Shown one piece after another: positions 7,255-14,614 of a stretch of 28,237 nucleotides of DNA. The stretch's first letter is position 1. Every line of letters begins with the position of its first letter. The notes below the pieces were generated by a model. The model saw only the letters and a list, made by a program, of their open reading frames with translations. It did no database searches and was not told the origin of the DNA. Position numbers and translations under genes: made by a program. The stretch covers positions 1 to 28,237 of the forward strand of contig DASQQR010000033.1 in NCBI GenBank assembly GCA_035643335.1. Direction: 5' to 3'. Origin of the DNA: Anaerolineales bacterium (GTDB lineage: Bacteria > Chloroflexota > Anaerolineae > Anaerolineales > UBA4823).

Positions 7255-8823
7255 TTGATTAAGGCTGCTCAGCAAATCGCCCTTTCCAACCTTCTTCGCA
7301 AGAGCGGGTTTGCAGTCCCGGCTTTTGAAGGCAATATCACGATCAGCGGAATCGCCCTCGACTCGCGCCAGACCCGGCCAGGGGATCTGTTTGTGGCGCT
7401 CGAAGGTGAGCATGTGGATGGACATCGTTTTATTCCGGATGCTATCCAACGCGGTGCGGTCGCTATTGTCGGGACTCAGTCGCTGGCTGGGTTGCCGGTG
7501 CCCTATTGCCAGGTTAACGAAGGCCGTTCGGCGCTTGCTAGTCTATCGGCTGCCTTCTTCGAGTACCCTGCTCGCCACCTCACGGTTATTGGCGTTACGG
7601 GAACCGATGGCAAAACGACCACCTGCAATTTGATCTACAATATCCTGCGTGCTGCAGGTTTGCAGGCTGGAATGATTTCAACTGTCAACGCGGTCATTGG
7701 AGATGAGGTTATTGATACTGGATTCCACGTCACCACACCTGAGGCGCCCGATGTGCAAAGTTACCTGGCCCAGATGGTCTCTGCAGGGTTAACCCATGTG
7801 ATTCTAGAGGTGACTTCCCATGGTCTCAAACAAAAGCGGGTGGGGGCTTGTGAATTTGATATTGGGGTGGTTACCAACATTACCCACGAGCACCTGGACT
7901 ATCACGGGACGTATGAAGAGTACCGCGCCAGCAAGGCGCGGCTGTTTACTGAGCTGGCTTCCTCAGCAACCAAGGAGCATGATCCTCCCCGGGCAGCGGT
8001 GTTAAACCGAGACGATTCCTCTTATGGATATCTGGCTGGCATCACGCCGGTCCACCAGATCACCTATGGTTTGGGAGAGGGAGCGGAGATCAGGGCGAGC
8101 CAAATCCTGCATCGTTCCAGCGGGTTACGTTTCTGGATCTCTGGCAAAAATTATAATGTTCCCATGCAGAGCGCTCTGCTGGGGGAACATAACGTCTATA
8201 ACTGCTTGGCTGCATTTGCGGCCGCAGTGGAGGGCCTGCGCTTGCCACCTGCTGCCGCTCAAAAGGGGGTTGCAGACCTGAGGAGTATCCCAGGCCGCAT
8301 GGAGATAGTCGACATGGGCCAGGAGTTCCTTACCATCGTGGACTTTGCCCACACTCCAAACGCCCTCCGCCGAGCCCTGGAAACTGCCCGGCGGCTCGTT
8401 GACGGCAGAGTTATTGCAGTCTTTGGCTCAGCAGGCCTGCGCGACCGGGCTAAGCGCCGCATGATGGCCGAGGCTTCGACCGAGCTGGCTGACTTGACGG
8501 TTCTCACCGCCGAGGATCCGCGCAGCGAACCCCTCGAGGAGATCCTGGAAGAGATGGCAGAAGGCGCCAAGGGACGCGGTGGCGTTGAGGGAAAGACCTT
8601 CTGGCGTATCCCGGACCGGGGAGAGGCGCTTCGTTTCGCCCTCTCCCGGGCACGACAAGAGGATGTGGTCATCGCCTGCGGCAAAGGTCACGAACAGTCG
8701 ATGTGTTTCGGGGATGTTGAGTACGCCTGGGACGACCGCGTGGCCGTGCGGGCAGCTCTAGCGGAACTTCTGAGGATCCCCGGACCGATAATGCCGTACT
8801 TGCCAACTCAGGATCGCAGATAG
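7255..8823 (+). CDS. murE: UDP-N-acetylmuramoyl-L-alanyl-D-glutamate--diamino acid ligase (MurE); start codon uncertain
   Basis: Motifs DSRQ..PGDLFVA, GVTGTDGKTTT (P-loop), HVTTPEA, LEVTSHGL, TNITHEHLDYH, PGRME, VDFAHTP, EDPR and GKGHE. Confidence 0.93.
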   Translation: MIKAAQQIALSNLLRKSGFAVPAFEGNITISGIALDSRQTRPGDLFVALEGEHVDGHRFIPDAIQRGAVAIVGTQSLAGLPVPYCQVNEGRSALASLSAAFFEYPARHLTVIGVTGTDGKTTTCNLIYNILRAAGLQAGMISTVNAVIGDEVIDTGFHVTTPEAPDVQSYLAQMVSAGLTHVILEVTSHGLKQKRVGACEFDIGVVTNITHEHLDYHGTYEEYRASKARLFTELASSATKEHDPPRAAVLNRDDSSYGYLAGITPVHQITYGLGEGAEIRASQILHRSSGLRFWISGKNYNVPMQSALLGEHNVYNCLAAFAAAVEGLRLPPAAAQKGVADLRSIPGRMEIVDMGQEFLTIVDFAHTPNALRRALETARRLVDGRVIAVFGSAGLRDRAKRRMMAEASTELADLTVLTAEDPRSEPLEEILEEMAEGAKGRGGVEGKTFWRIPDRGEALRFALSRARQEDVVIACGKGHEQSMCFGDVEYAWDDRVAVRAALAELLRIPGPIMPYLPTQDRR

Positions 8824-8860
8824 CAAGAGGACTGCAATCTCGTAGGCTTACAGGCTGAGA

Positions 8861-8910
8861 ACTCCTTATTGCCAATTGGTCATCCGTTGGCAATAAGGGG
8901 TCTATTTTCT
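8861..8910 (+). terminator. Intrinsic terminator downstream of murE
   Basis: Perfect 12-bp stem CCTTATTGCCAA (8864-8875) / TTGGCAATAAGG (8887-8898), followed by TCTATTTTCT. Confidence 0.7.
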
Positions 8911-8927
8911 CAATAACCTCAAGAGCA

Positions 8928-9040
8928 TTAGACTTACAAGTTACGTAGTTGGGGAGGTTGTGGGGGGATTGGGCGGGCGTCGCTATGCTTATGGCCCGCC
9001 CAATCCCCCCACACTTTCCCTTTAACTGCGTAAGTCTTAA
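8928..9040. repeat. Long palindromic REP/MITE-like element (family 2, copy 1)
   Basis: Perfect 20-bp inverted repeat TGTGGGGGGATTGGGCGGGC (8959-8978) / 8994-9013 around a 15-nt loop. Degenerate outer arms: AGACTTAC..GTAGTT and AACTGCGTAAGTCT. Confidence 0.75.
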
Positions 9041-9046
9041 GACTAT

Positions 9047-9793
9047 CTAGGGATTGTTGGCAGTATTGTTATAGAACCAATTGTAAGCGAAGTAACCTGA
9101 GGTTGGGCTTTGGAGGCGGATGGCGATCTGGCGAGAGCCCTTGAGCGAGGTGGGGATATCGTAAGTGAGGGTCTTGGTGCCACCCTTGCCAGAATCGGTG
9201 GTGGCTACCTTGATGCCGTTGATGCCGCGGGTGCCCATGGCTCCCATGGTGACCGTAAAGGAATCGTTGGGCGGAAGATTACTGGTCCTGATGGTGACGG
9301 TTTGATCCCGCTCGACGCTGACGATCGAGAAGGTGGGGAAGCCAGTGTAACCCGGCCTGGGTGTAGGCGATGGTCCCGGGGTCGGGGTGGGGCCGGGAGT
9401 GGCGGTTGCCGCGCCAGTGGTATTGTTATAGAACCAGTTATAGGCAAAGTATCCCGAACCCGTTGTGCTTTGGAGGCGGATGGCGATTTGGAAGGAACCC
9501 TGCAAAGTGGCTGGAATCGTGTAAGTCTTCTGGAAGGTTCCGCCGTCTCCCGAATCGGTGGTGGCTACCTTGATTCCGTTAACGCCGCGCGTTCCCATAG
9601 CTCCCATCAACACCTTAAATGTGTCGTCGGCTGGAAAGTTAAAGGTTTTGATCGTAACCGTCTTGTCACTCACCACGCTGACGATTGAAAATGTGGGGAT
9701 GGTCCCGGAAGCAGAGGCCGGCGTGATGGAGGGCCAGACTGCCAGGGGTACCAACAGAATCAATAGCATGAGTGCAGCAGTAAGGTATTTCAT
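9047..9793 (-). CDS. Secreted protein with two tandem ~93-aa unnamed domains joined by a Pro/Thr linker
   Basis: Signal peptide (MKYL-hydrophobic-ASA) and RBS AGGAGA. Residues 33-125 and 153-244 are clearly homologous (PTFSIVSV...MGAMGTRG.NGIKVATTDSG.GG...IAIRLQS..GYFAYNWFYNNT). Confidence 0.9.
   Translation of the reverse strand: MKYLTAALMLLILLVPLAVWPSITPASASGTIPTFSIVSVVSDKTVTIKTFNFPADDTFKVLMGAMGTRGVNGIKVATTDSGDGGTFQKTYTIPATLQGSFQIAIRLQSTTGSGYFAYNWFYNNTTGAATATPGPTPTPGPSPTPRPGYTGFPTFSIVSVERDQTVTIRTSNLPPNDSFTVTMGAMGTRGINGIKVATTDSGKGGTKTLTYDIPTSLKGSRQIAIRLQSPTSGYFAYNWFYNNTANNP
9062..9697 (-). repeat. Intragenic direct duplication (approx. 9419-9697 and 9062-9337)
   Basis: DNA-level repeats are visible, e.g. 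TATTGTTATAGAACCA at 9063 and 9421, and GCTTTGGAGGCGGATGGCGAT in both copies. Confidence 0.85.
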
Positions 9794-9971
9794 AGCATTC
9801 TCCTGGAAAATATATAAGTCGATGAAGCAAATTGTGGTTTAACCCGCCGTTTACTTCGCCGGTTGGTTTGAGGTACCACTTGAAATGATAAAAAATTTGA
9901 GCGATCAAGTGCTACCTGCATATAAATATACATTAAAATTCCAGGAAATGCAACAGGTTAAGCGCGCTGGG

Positions 9972-10048
9972 AGGGTTGAAGGCCGGGCCGTTGAAAGTTC
10001 GAACCCTTCGACACACTCAGAGCAAGGGTTGAAGGTTGAAATTGAAAG
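9972..10048. repeat. Cluster of (G/A)TTGAA short repeats around a small hairpin
   Basis: GTTGAA at 9975, 9990, 10028 and 10035, and ATTGAA at 10041. AGGGTTGAAGG occurs twice. An AACCCTT/AAGGGTT stem spans 10002-10030. Confidence 0.5.
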
Positions 10049-10322
10049 AGGTCAAAAAGGGGTTTCCGCTAGAAAAACGAATGGAAACGAATGGGCGAAA
10101 TTTCGAAGATTAAGGGCTGGTTAAGCACATCGAAAATGAACAGATGTCTGAAAATGGGGGAGACGAGGGCGAGATTGGGCCATAAAAGGGTGAGAAAGGG
10201 GGAATAGAGGGGGATACCAGACTATTTTCGTGCCAACTTGTAGGTAGGGGCGAATCGCTGAAAACAGGCATTTTAAGCGTTACTTAATATTCCGGCAAAA
10301 AAACGAATGCCAATTTTGGGCC

Positions 10323-10580
10323 TTAGTGGACATTTCCGGACGCTTTTGAGAGTTCCTCTCCCGCTACGAACTCTGGACAACCCAGCCTTTGTATCCCATG
10401 TTCCCTCATAGCATGATTGCGGCAGTCGATGCGATGATTAAATATATGCCCACACACTTTGCAGCGATACCGGACAAGCACAAAATCGTCTTGACTGGTG
10501 TCCGGGTGATTCGCTTCGATGTGATTGGCAGCGTCGACTGTGCTGTAGAAGTATGATCCACACTGACTGCATCTATACAT
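10323..10580 (-). CDS. Small protein with two classical C2H2 zinc fingers
   Basis: Y-x-C-x2-C-x3-F-x8-H-x4-H occurs twice (C4/C7/F11/H20/H25 and C40/C43/F47/H56/H61). Strong RBS AGAGGAGG, 10 nt upstream of the ATG. Confidence 0.85.
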   Translation of the reverse strand: MYRCSQCGSYFYSTVDAANHIEANHPDTSQDDFVLVRYRCKVCGHIFNHRIDCRNHAMREHGIQRLGCPEFVAGEELSKASGNVH

Positions 10581-10623
10581 GGCAGAACAACCTCCTCTAA
10601 TGCTAAATTCTCAAAAATAAGGG

Positions 10624-10669
10624 GGTTGTGTGTTCGAAATGCACCTAGGTGCATTTCGAACACACAACC
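10624..10669. repeat. Perfect 46-bp loopless palindrome (family 1, copy A)
   Basis: GGTTGTGTGTTCGAAATGCACCT|AGGTGCATTTCGAACACACAACC is self-complementary at every position. GTAG lies at its foot on the minus strand (CTAC 10669-10672). Confidence 0.9.
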
Positions 10670-10674
10670 TACAT

Positions 10675-11004
10675 TCAGTATTTTAGATCTTCTCTGACCG
10701 GCGTAAAAATATCCAGGACCCGGGCAGGGTTTTCTCCAGATTTTGCGCTGTGCTCGACCTGGGCTGGGATGAGATAAACATCACCGGCGCGCAGGCGCTG
10801 CCTCTCTCCGGCAATGACGAACTCAATTTCCCCAGAGAGCACCGTGCCAGCTTGTTCGTGAGGGTGTTGGTGTGAGGGGACTGTGGAGTTGGGATCGAAG
10901 GTCACGACGGCCAACATCAGAGACTCTCCCCAAAAGGTGCGTGCCTGCACTCCAGGCGCCAATTCTTTGGTTTGCCTTTGATCAGGATCGTGGTAGTAGT
11001 CCAT
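10675..11004 (-). CDS. Cupin domain protein
   Basis: Cupin motifs PSHQHPHEQAGTVLSG and GDVYLIPAQVEH. RBS AAGGAGG. Confidence 0.92.
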   Translation of the reverse strand: MDYYHDPDQRQTKELAPGVQARTFWGESLMLAVVTFDPNSTVPSHQHPHEQAGTVLSGEIEFVIAGERQRLRAGDVYLIPAQVEHSAKSGENPARVLDIFTPVREDLKY

Positions 11005-11045
11005 CAGTTCCTCCTTGATTGGTTTCGTATCATTTCGATAATTGA

Positions 11046-11087
11046 GGTTTTAGGTTCAAATGCACCGGTGCATTTGAACCTAAAACC
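11046..11087. repeat. Perfect 42-bp loopless palindrome (family 1, copy B)
   Basis: GGTTTTAGGTTCAAATGCACC|GGTGCATTTGAACCTAAAACC is fully self-complementary and homologous to 10624-10669. Confidence 0.9.
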
Positions 11088-11096
11088 CTGGACTTT

Positions 11097-12836
11097 TTAT
11101 TGATGAAAGGTGATCCATAACAAAGTAAGGAAAGCGAGGATGAAGATTGGGACTGCAAATCCGATCTGTCTGGCGAGGTAAAGTTGGATGCCGCCCAGTA
11201 AAAGTGCGCCAAAGACCAGGCCCGCCGCCAGCCGGTTTACGGCGTGTTCCAAATGCTTTACCTGCGTGGTCAGCTGGGGAACGCGAACCTCAAGCTCCCC
11301 GTTCTCCAATTTTCCTAAAACGTTGATCGCTCGTCTGGGGTAGCTCAGCGTTACACGCACCAGATTGCCTAACTGGTTGAGCCAGGATATGCGCTCGCCT
11401 CCGGACTCTTCAAAGATTAATTGTTGGGCGAATGGGGCGATCCCTTCCCAGACGTTAAACTGAGGGTTGAGGCCTGTACACATTCCTGAGAGGATGCCGA
11501 CCGTTCTCCCAAGAAGGATCATATCTTGAGGCACCTGGAAGGGCATGTCGAAGATCAGTTCTCGGAACTCGCGAGCAAACTCGCGCATTTCCAACGGATT
11601 AACGGCTTGCAATTCGCTCATGTTCTTTCCCCAAAACTGATCAAACAACCTGGTCGACGCTTTTTTGAGCAGTTCGACGTCCGCACCGGGGAGAAGAACG
11701 CCTAACTTCTGGTATGAGTCGATCAACTGGGCAGCGTCGCGGGTGCCAACTGCGATAACCATTTCACGCAATCCAGACAGCATTTCTGGAGACATACGGC
11801 CGACCATACCAAAATCCACAAAAGTCAGCTGCCATCCAGTGTCTTCGTCTGCTTCATCTTCTGTGAGTCGTTCGTCATCCAGAAACTGTGATCCTGTTGG
11901 CGTTGGAGTCACGAACAGGTTGCCGGGGTGAGGGTCAGCATGAAAAAAGCCATCTTCGAATATTTGTTGGAGATAAGTTTGAAATAGGCGGTCGGCCACC
12001 GCAGCGCGTTCGACCCCAGCTGCAGTAATGGATGCATAGTCGGTGATCTTGATCGCACCAACATCCTGTAGGGTAAGCACTCGCTTGGTGGTGTGGGACC
12101 AGATCACGGCCGGTACATGCACGCCGGGACGATGGTGAAAGTTTTCCGCAAATGTTTCGGCGTTATGCCCCTCGGCAATATAGTCGATCTCTTCGTATAG
12201 GATGCGGGTAAATTCGTCCAGTAAAGCCGGCACATCAGCGCGCCGCCGGATCGGTGGATAGCGACGGAGCCAGTTACCTACCGTGCGGAGGGCCGCGAGA
12301 TCGATAGCAATTACGGTTTCGATATCTGGTCGTTGGACTTTTACGACCACATCGAGGAGATCGCCAGATTCATTCTCCCGATCTGCGTTCTGGTTTTTTA
12401 GGTTGTTTTCTGTGATCCCGATTCTGGCCCGGTGAACCTGACCCAGAGAGGCAGCTGCTTCGGTTTCCTCATGGAATTCGACGAATTTTTCGTCTAAAGG
12501 GCGACCGAGCTCATCTTCAACCAGGCGCCGTATCTGTGCGTAATTCTCCTCAGGTACTTCATCTTGCAAACCGACCAGTTCGCTGGTGATTTCATCAGGT
12601 AATACATCTACGCGGGCTGACATGAATTGCCCGACTTTTATGAGCACGCCGCCCATTTCGATCGCCAGAGCCCGAAATTGCGCCGCGCTGCGTCTCAAGC
12701 GGTTGGGGCGGGTGCGTCGAGACCAACCGCGCAGACCCAATCGCGGGAGGATTAAATCCCAAAGTACCAGGCTAAGAATGATGCGAGCGAAAAAAAAGAC
12801 AATCCGGCGATATCGGGCGCGGTGCATCTTGGGCAA
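11097..12836 (-). CDS. AarF/UbiB/ABC1-family atypical kinase; start may be ATG 12827
   Basis: Motifs GGVLIKVGQFMSARVD, AAASLGQVHRA, VVVKVQRP, EEIDY..E, FFHADPHPGN and DFGM, with two C-terminal TM helices. Confidence 0.92.
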   Translation of the reverse strand: MPKMHRARYRRIVFFFARIILSLVLWDLILPRLGLRGWSRRTRPNRLRRSAAQFRALAIEMGGVLIKVGQFMSARVDVLPDEITSELVGLQDEVPEENYAQIRRLVEDELGRPLDEKFVEFHEETEAAASLGQVHRARIGITENNLKNQNADRENESGDLLDVVVKVQRPDIETVIAIDLAALRTVGNWLRRYPPIRRRADVPALLDEFTRILYEEIDYIAEGHNAETFAENFHHRPGVHVPAVIWSHTTKRVLTLQDVGAIKITDYASITAAGVERAAVADRLFQTYLQQIFEDGFFHADPHPGNLFVTPTPTGSQFLDDERLTEDEADEDTGWQLTFVDFGMVGRMSPEMLSGLREMVIAVGTRDAAQLIDSYQKLGVLLPGADVELLKKASTRLFDQFWGKNMSELQAVNPLEMREFAREFRELIFDMPFQVPQDMILLGRTVGILSGMCTGLNPQFNVWEGIAPFAQQLIFEESGGERISWLNQLGNLVRVTLSYPRRAINVLGKLENGELEVRVPQLTTQVKHLEHAVNRLAAGLVFGALLLGGIQLYLARQIGFAVPIFILAFLTLLWITFHQ

Positions 12837-12858
12837 TCTGCTCAGGAACAGGCAAAAT

Positions 12859-13698
12859 CTATTTGGAGTCCCCTGTGCTTTCCAGGGATTGCCTAACTAT
12901 CAAGACCGGACATTGAGCACGCTCGATCACCGCATTGCTGACGTCGCCCAGCAGCCATCGTTTGAGCCTCTTGGTGCGCTCAGGAGCGCCGGTAACGATC
13001 AAATCGTAATCGCCTATGTTCGCTTCTCTGAGTATTTCGTTGGCAACAATCCCATGACGTAGTTCTAATTGAGCCGGAACCTGGTATTTCTCCAGGATTT
13101 CGGCGCCATGGCGGAGATTCTGTGCCACGGGTGTGTCTGTTTTGAGTAGCTCGGCCAAGGTTTCTTCAATGCCGCCAAGGCCAGTATACATTGTGGGGAT
13201 TGTTCCCACCACGTGAAGCAGCGTGGCTCTGGCACCTGCTGCGCTGGCCAGGAGCGCGCCACCACGGATAACCGGCTCGGCGATACTCGTCCCACCTGTG
13301 CAAATCAAAACCCGTTTTAGCCCGGACTTGGACTTGCGCGCAAATAGCAGGGAGGCCGAAGACCGTTGAATGATCGCCCGAATCAAAGGCCGGCTTGTGC
13401 TTTGGGCGAGGGCATACCTTTGGCCCTCACCGATGACTACAAGATCATGATCTTTCTCGCGCAGTTCTGCAAGGGATCGGGTGACCAGTCTACCATCGCA
13501 AAGCTTTGTTTCGATGGGTAAAACAGGAAGCAATTTTTTGGCCTGCTCTAAAATTGATTCTCCCGCGGCCATACTCTTGCCAGGTAGGACCACGTGGAGC
13601 AATTTAACTTTGGCGTTTGTGAGACGCGCAACGAGCCCTCCAAATGTAATCGCGGCCCGGTCAAAATCGATACTGGTTATGATAATCAAGATCTTCAT
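12859..13698 (-). CDS. Universal stress protein (tandem USP domains)
   Basis: Motifs DHDLVVIG, GDYDLIVTGA and LLGDVSNAVIERAQCPVLIVR. The ATG overlaps the TSUP stop (ATGA). Confidence 0.9.
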   Translation of the reverse strand: MKILIIITSIDFDRAAITFGGLVARLTNAKVKLLHVVLPGKSMAAGESILEQAKKLLPVLPIETKLCDGRLVTRSLAELREKDHDLVVIGEGQRYALAQSTSRPLIRAIIQRSSASLLFARKSKSGLKRVLICTGGTSIAEPVIRGGALLASAAGARATLLHVVGTIPTMYTGLGGIEETLAELLKTDTPVAQNLRHGAEILEKYQVPAQLELRHGIVANEILREANIGDYDLIVTGAPERTKRLKRWLLGDVSNAVIERAQCPVLIVRQSLESTGDSK

Positions 13699-14603
13699 AA
13701 GTGTACTATCCCTCCACTCACCAGCCGCATCAATACCAGGAGCGCTCCAATCAAAGGCAAAACCGAAAAGAATAAACGAATTCGGGGGCCAATGAAAAAA
13801 CGCGTGGAGACTGCTCCGATCTGCGCTCCGAGAGCTGCCCCGGTGTGCATCACTAAAGCCATAAGTACATCTACGTTTCCTTTGAGTGCGTGGGTCAACA
13901 TGCCGTAAGCTGACGAAAACATGATTTCAAACAAGTCCGTACCAACGGCCACGTGGGTGGGAACTCCAACCAAATATACCAGCATAGGCATACGGATGAA
14001 ACCGCCTCCCACACCCAGGGACCCAGCCAGGATACCGGTTATAAAACCAACCCCCAGTACTGTCCACAGGGATATAGACGCGATTCCGGACATTGGAAAT
14101 GAGATCATTGGTGGTATTTCGATGCTATGTATGCGCCGGGAAATGCCTTGGAAGCCGACGGCATCCTTGACGTCTAAGCGGTCGGTGCGGATCATTCGCA
14201 GCGCTCGCAGGCTTTCCCAGGCAGTAAAGGCGCTGATAATAACCAGGATGGTGACGTAGACCAGGCCGATAACAAGATCCACGATGCCAGCAGCGACCAG
14301 GGCCTCAATGATCCTGGCGCCAATTTCAACGCCGATGACCGTACCCGTGACCATAAGGGCCCCCAGTTTTATGTCCACATGTCCCAGGGCGCGATGGCGT
14401 TTAGCGGCGACGATGGATTTACCCGTCATGTGGGCCAGATCCGTGCCCACCACAAAATTCATTGGCACACCAGCCCAGAACATCATTGGACCAGCGATAA
14501 AACCGCCCCCAACGCCGAAAAATCCGCCCAGAATCCCCACAATAAATCCAATCCCGGCCAGCAAGAGGGGATTGATTGTTACCCCTGCGATGGGGAAATT
14601 CAT
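13695..14603 (-). CDS. TSUP (TauE/SafE, sulfite exporter) family membrane transporter
   Basis: Duplicated G.FGVGGGF..P / G.LGVGGGF..P motifs and a repeated (A)VGTDL motif. ATG 14603 has AGGAGA upstream; the longer ORF-track start overlaps the upstream gene. Confidence 0.9.
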   Translation of the reverse strand: MNFPIAGVTINPLLLAGIGFIVGILGGFFGVGGGFIAGPMMFWAGVPMNFVVGTDLAHMTGKSIVAAKRHRALGHVDIKLGALMVTGTVIGVEIGARIIEALVAAGIVDLVIGLVYVTILVIISAFTAWESLRALRMIRTDRLDVKDAVGFQGISRRIHSIEIPPMISFPMSGIASISLWTVLGVGFITGILAGSLGVGGGFIRMPMLVYLVGVPTHVAVGTDLFEIMFSSAYGMLTHALKGNVDVLMALVMHTGAALGAQIGAVSTRFFIGPRIRLFFSVLPLIGALLVLMRLVSGGIVHL

Positions 14604-14614
14604 TGAGTGATCTC

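Noticed and set aside
9110-9688. 192-aa plus-strand ORF that also shows an internal repeat
   Set aside because: Antisense shadow of the secreted protein; its repeat simply mirrors that gene's duplication.
9990-10048. GTTGAAAG / ATTGAAAG resembling CRISPR repeat 3' ends
   Set aside because: Only 7-8 nt are shared, there is no 25-40-nt repeat with regular spacers, and no cas genes are present.
9885-10124. 79-aa plus-strand ORF in the intergenic gap
   Set aside because: No clear RBS or motif, and it runs through the GTTGAA repeat cluster; probably spurious.
10223-10237. Minus-strand TGGCACG-N4-TAGT, sigma54-like
   Set aside because: The -12 GC is not conserved, and it is ~430 bp from the next start codon.
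10239-10283. TAGGTAGGG..GAATCGCTGAA..TAAGCGTT resembling pieces of the c-di-AMP (ydaO) riboswitch
   Set aside because: The elements are in the wrong order and spacing, core segments are missing, and the strand does not lead into a gene.
10624-11087. Palindromes as canonical integron attC, parS or dif sites
   Set aside because: The ends are GGTT...AACC rather than RYYYAAC...GTTRRRY, there are no extrahelical bases, and there is no match to the parS or dif consensus.
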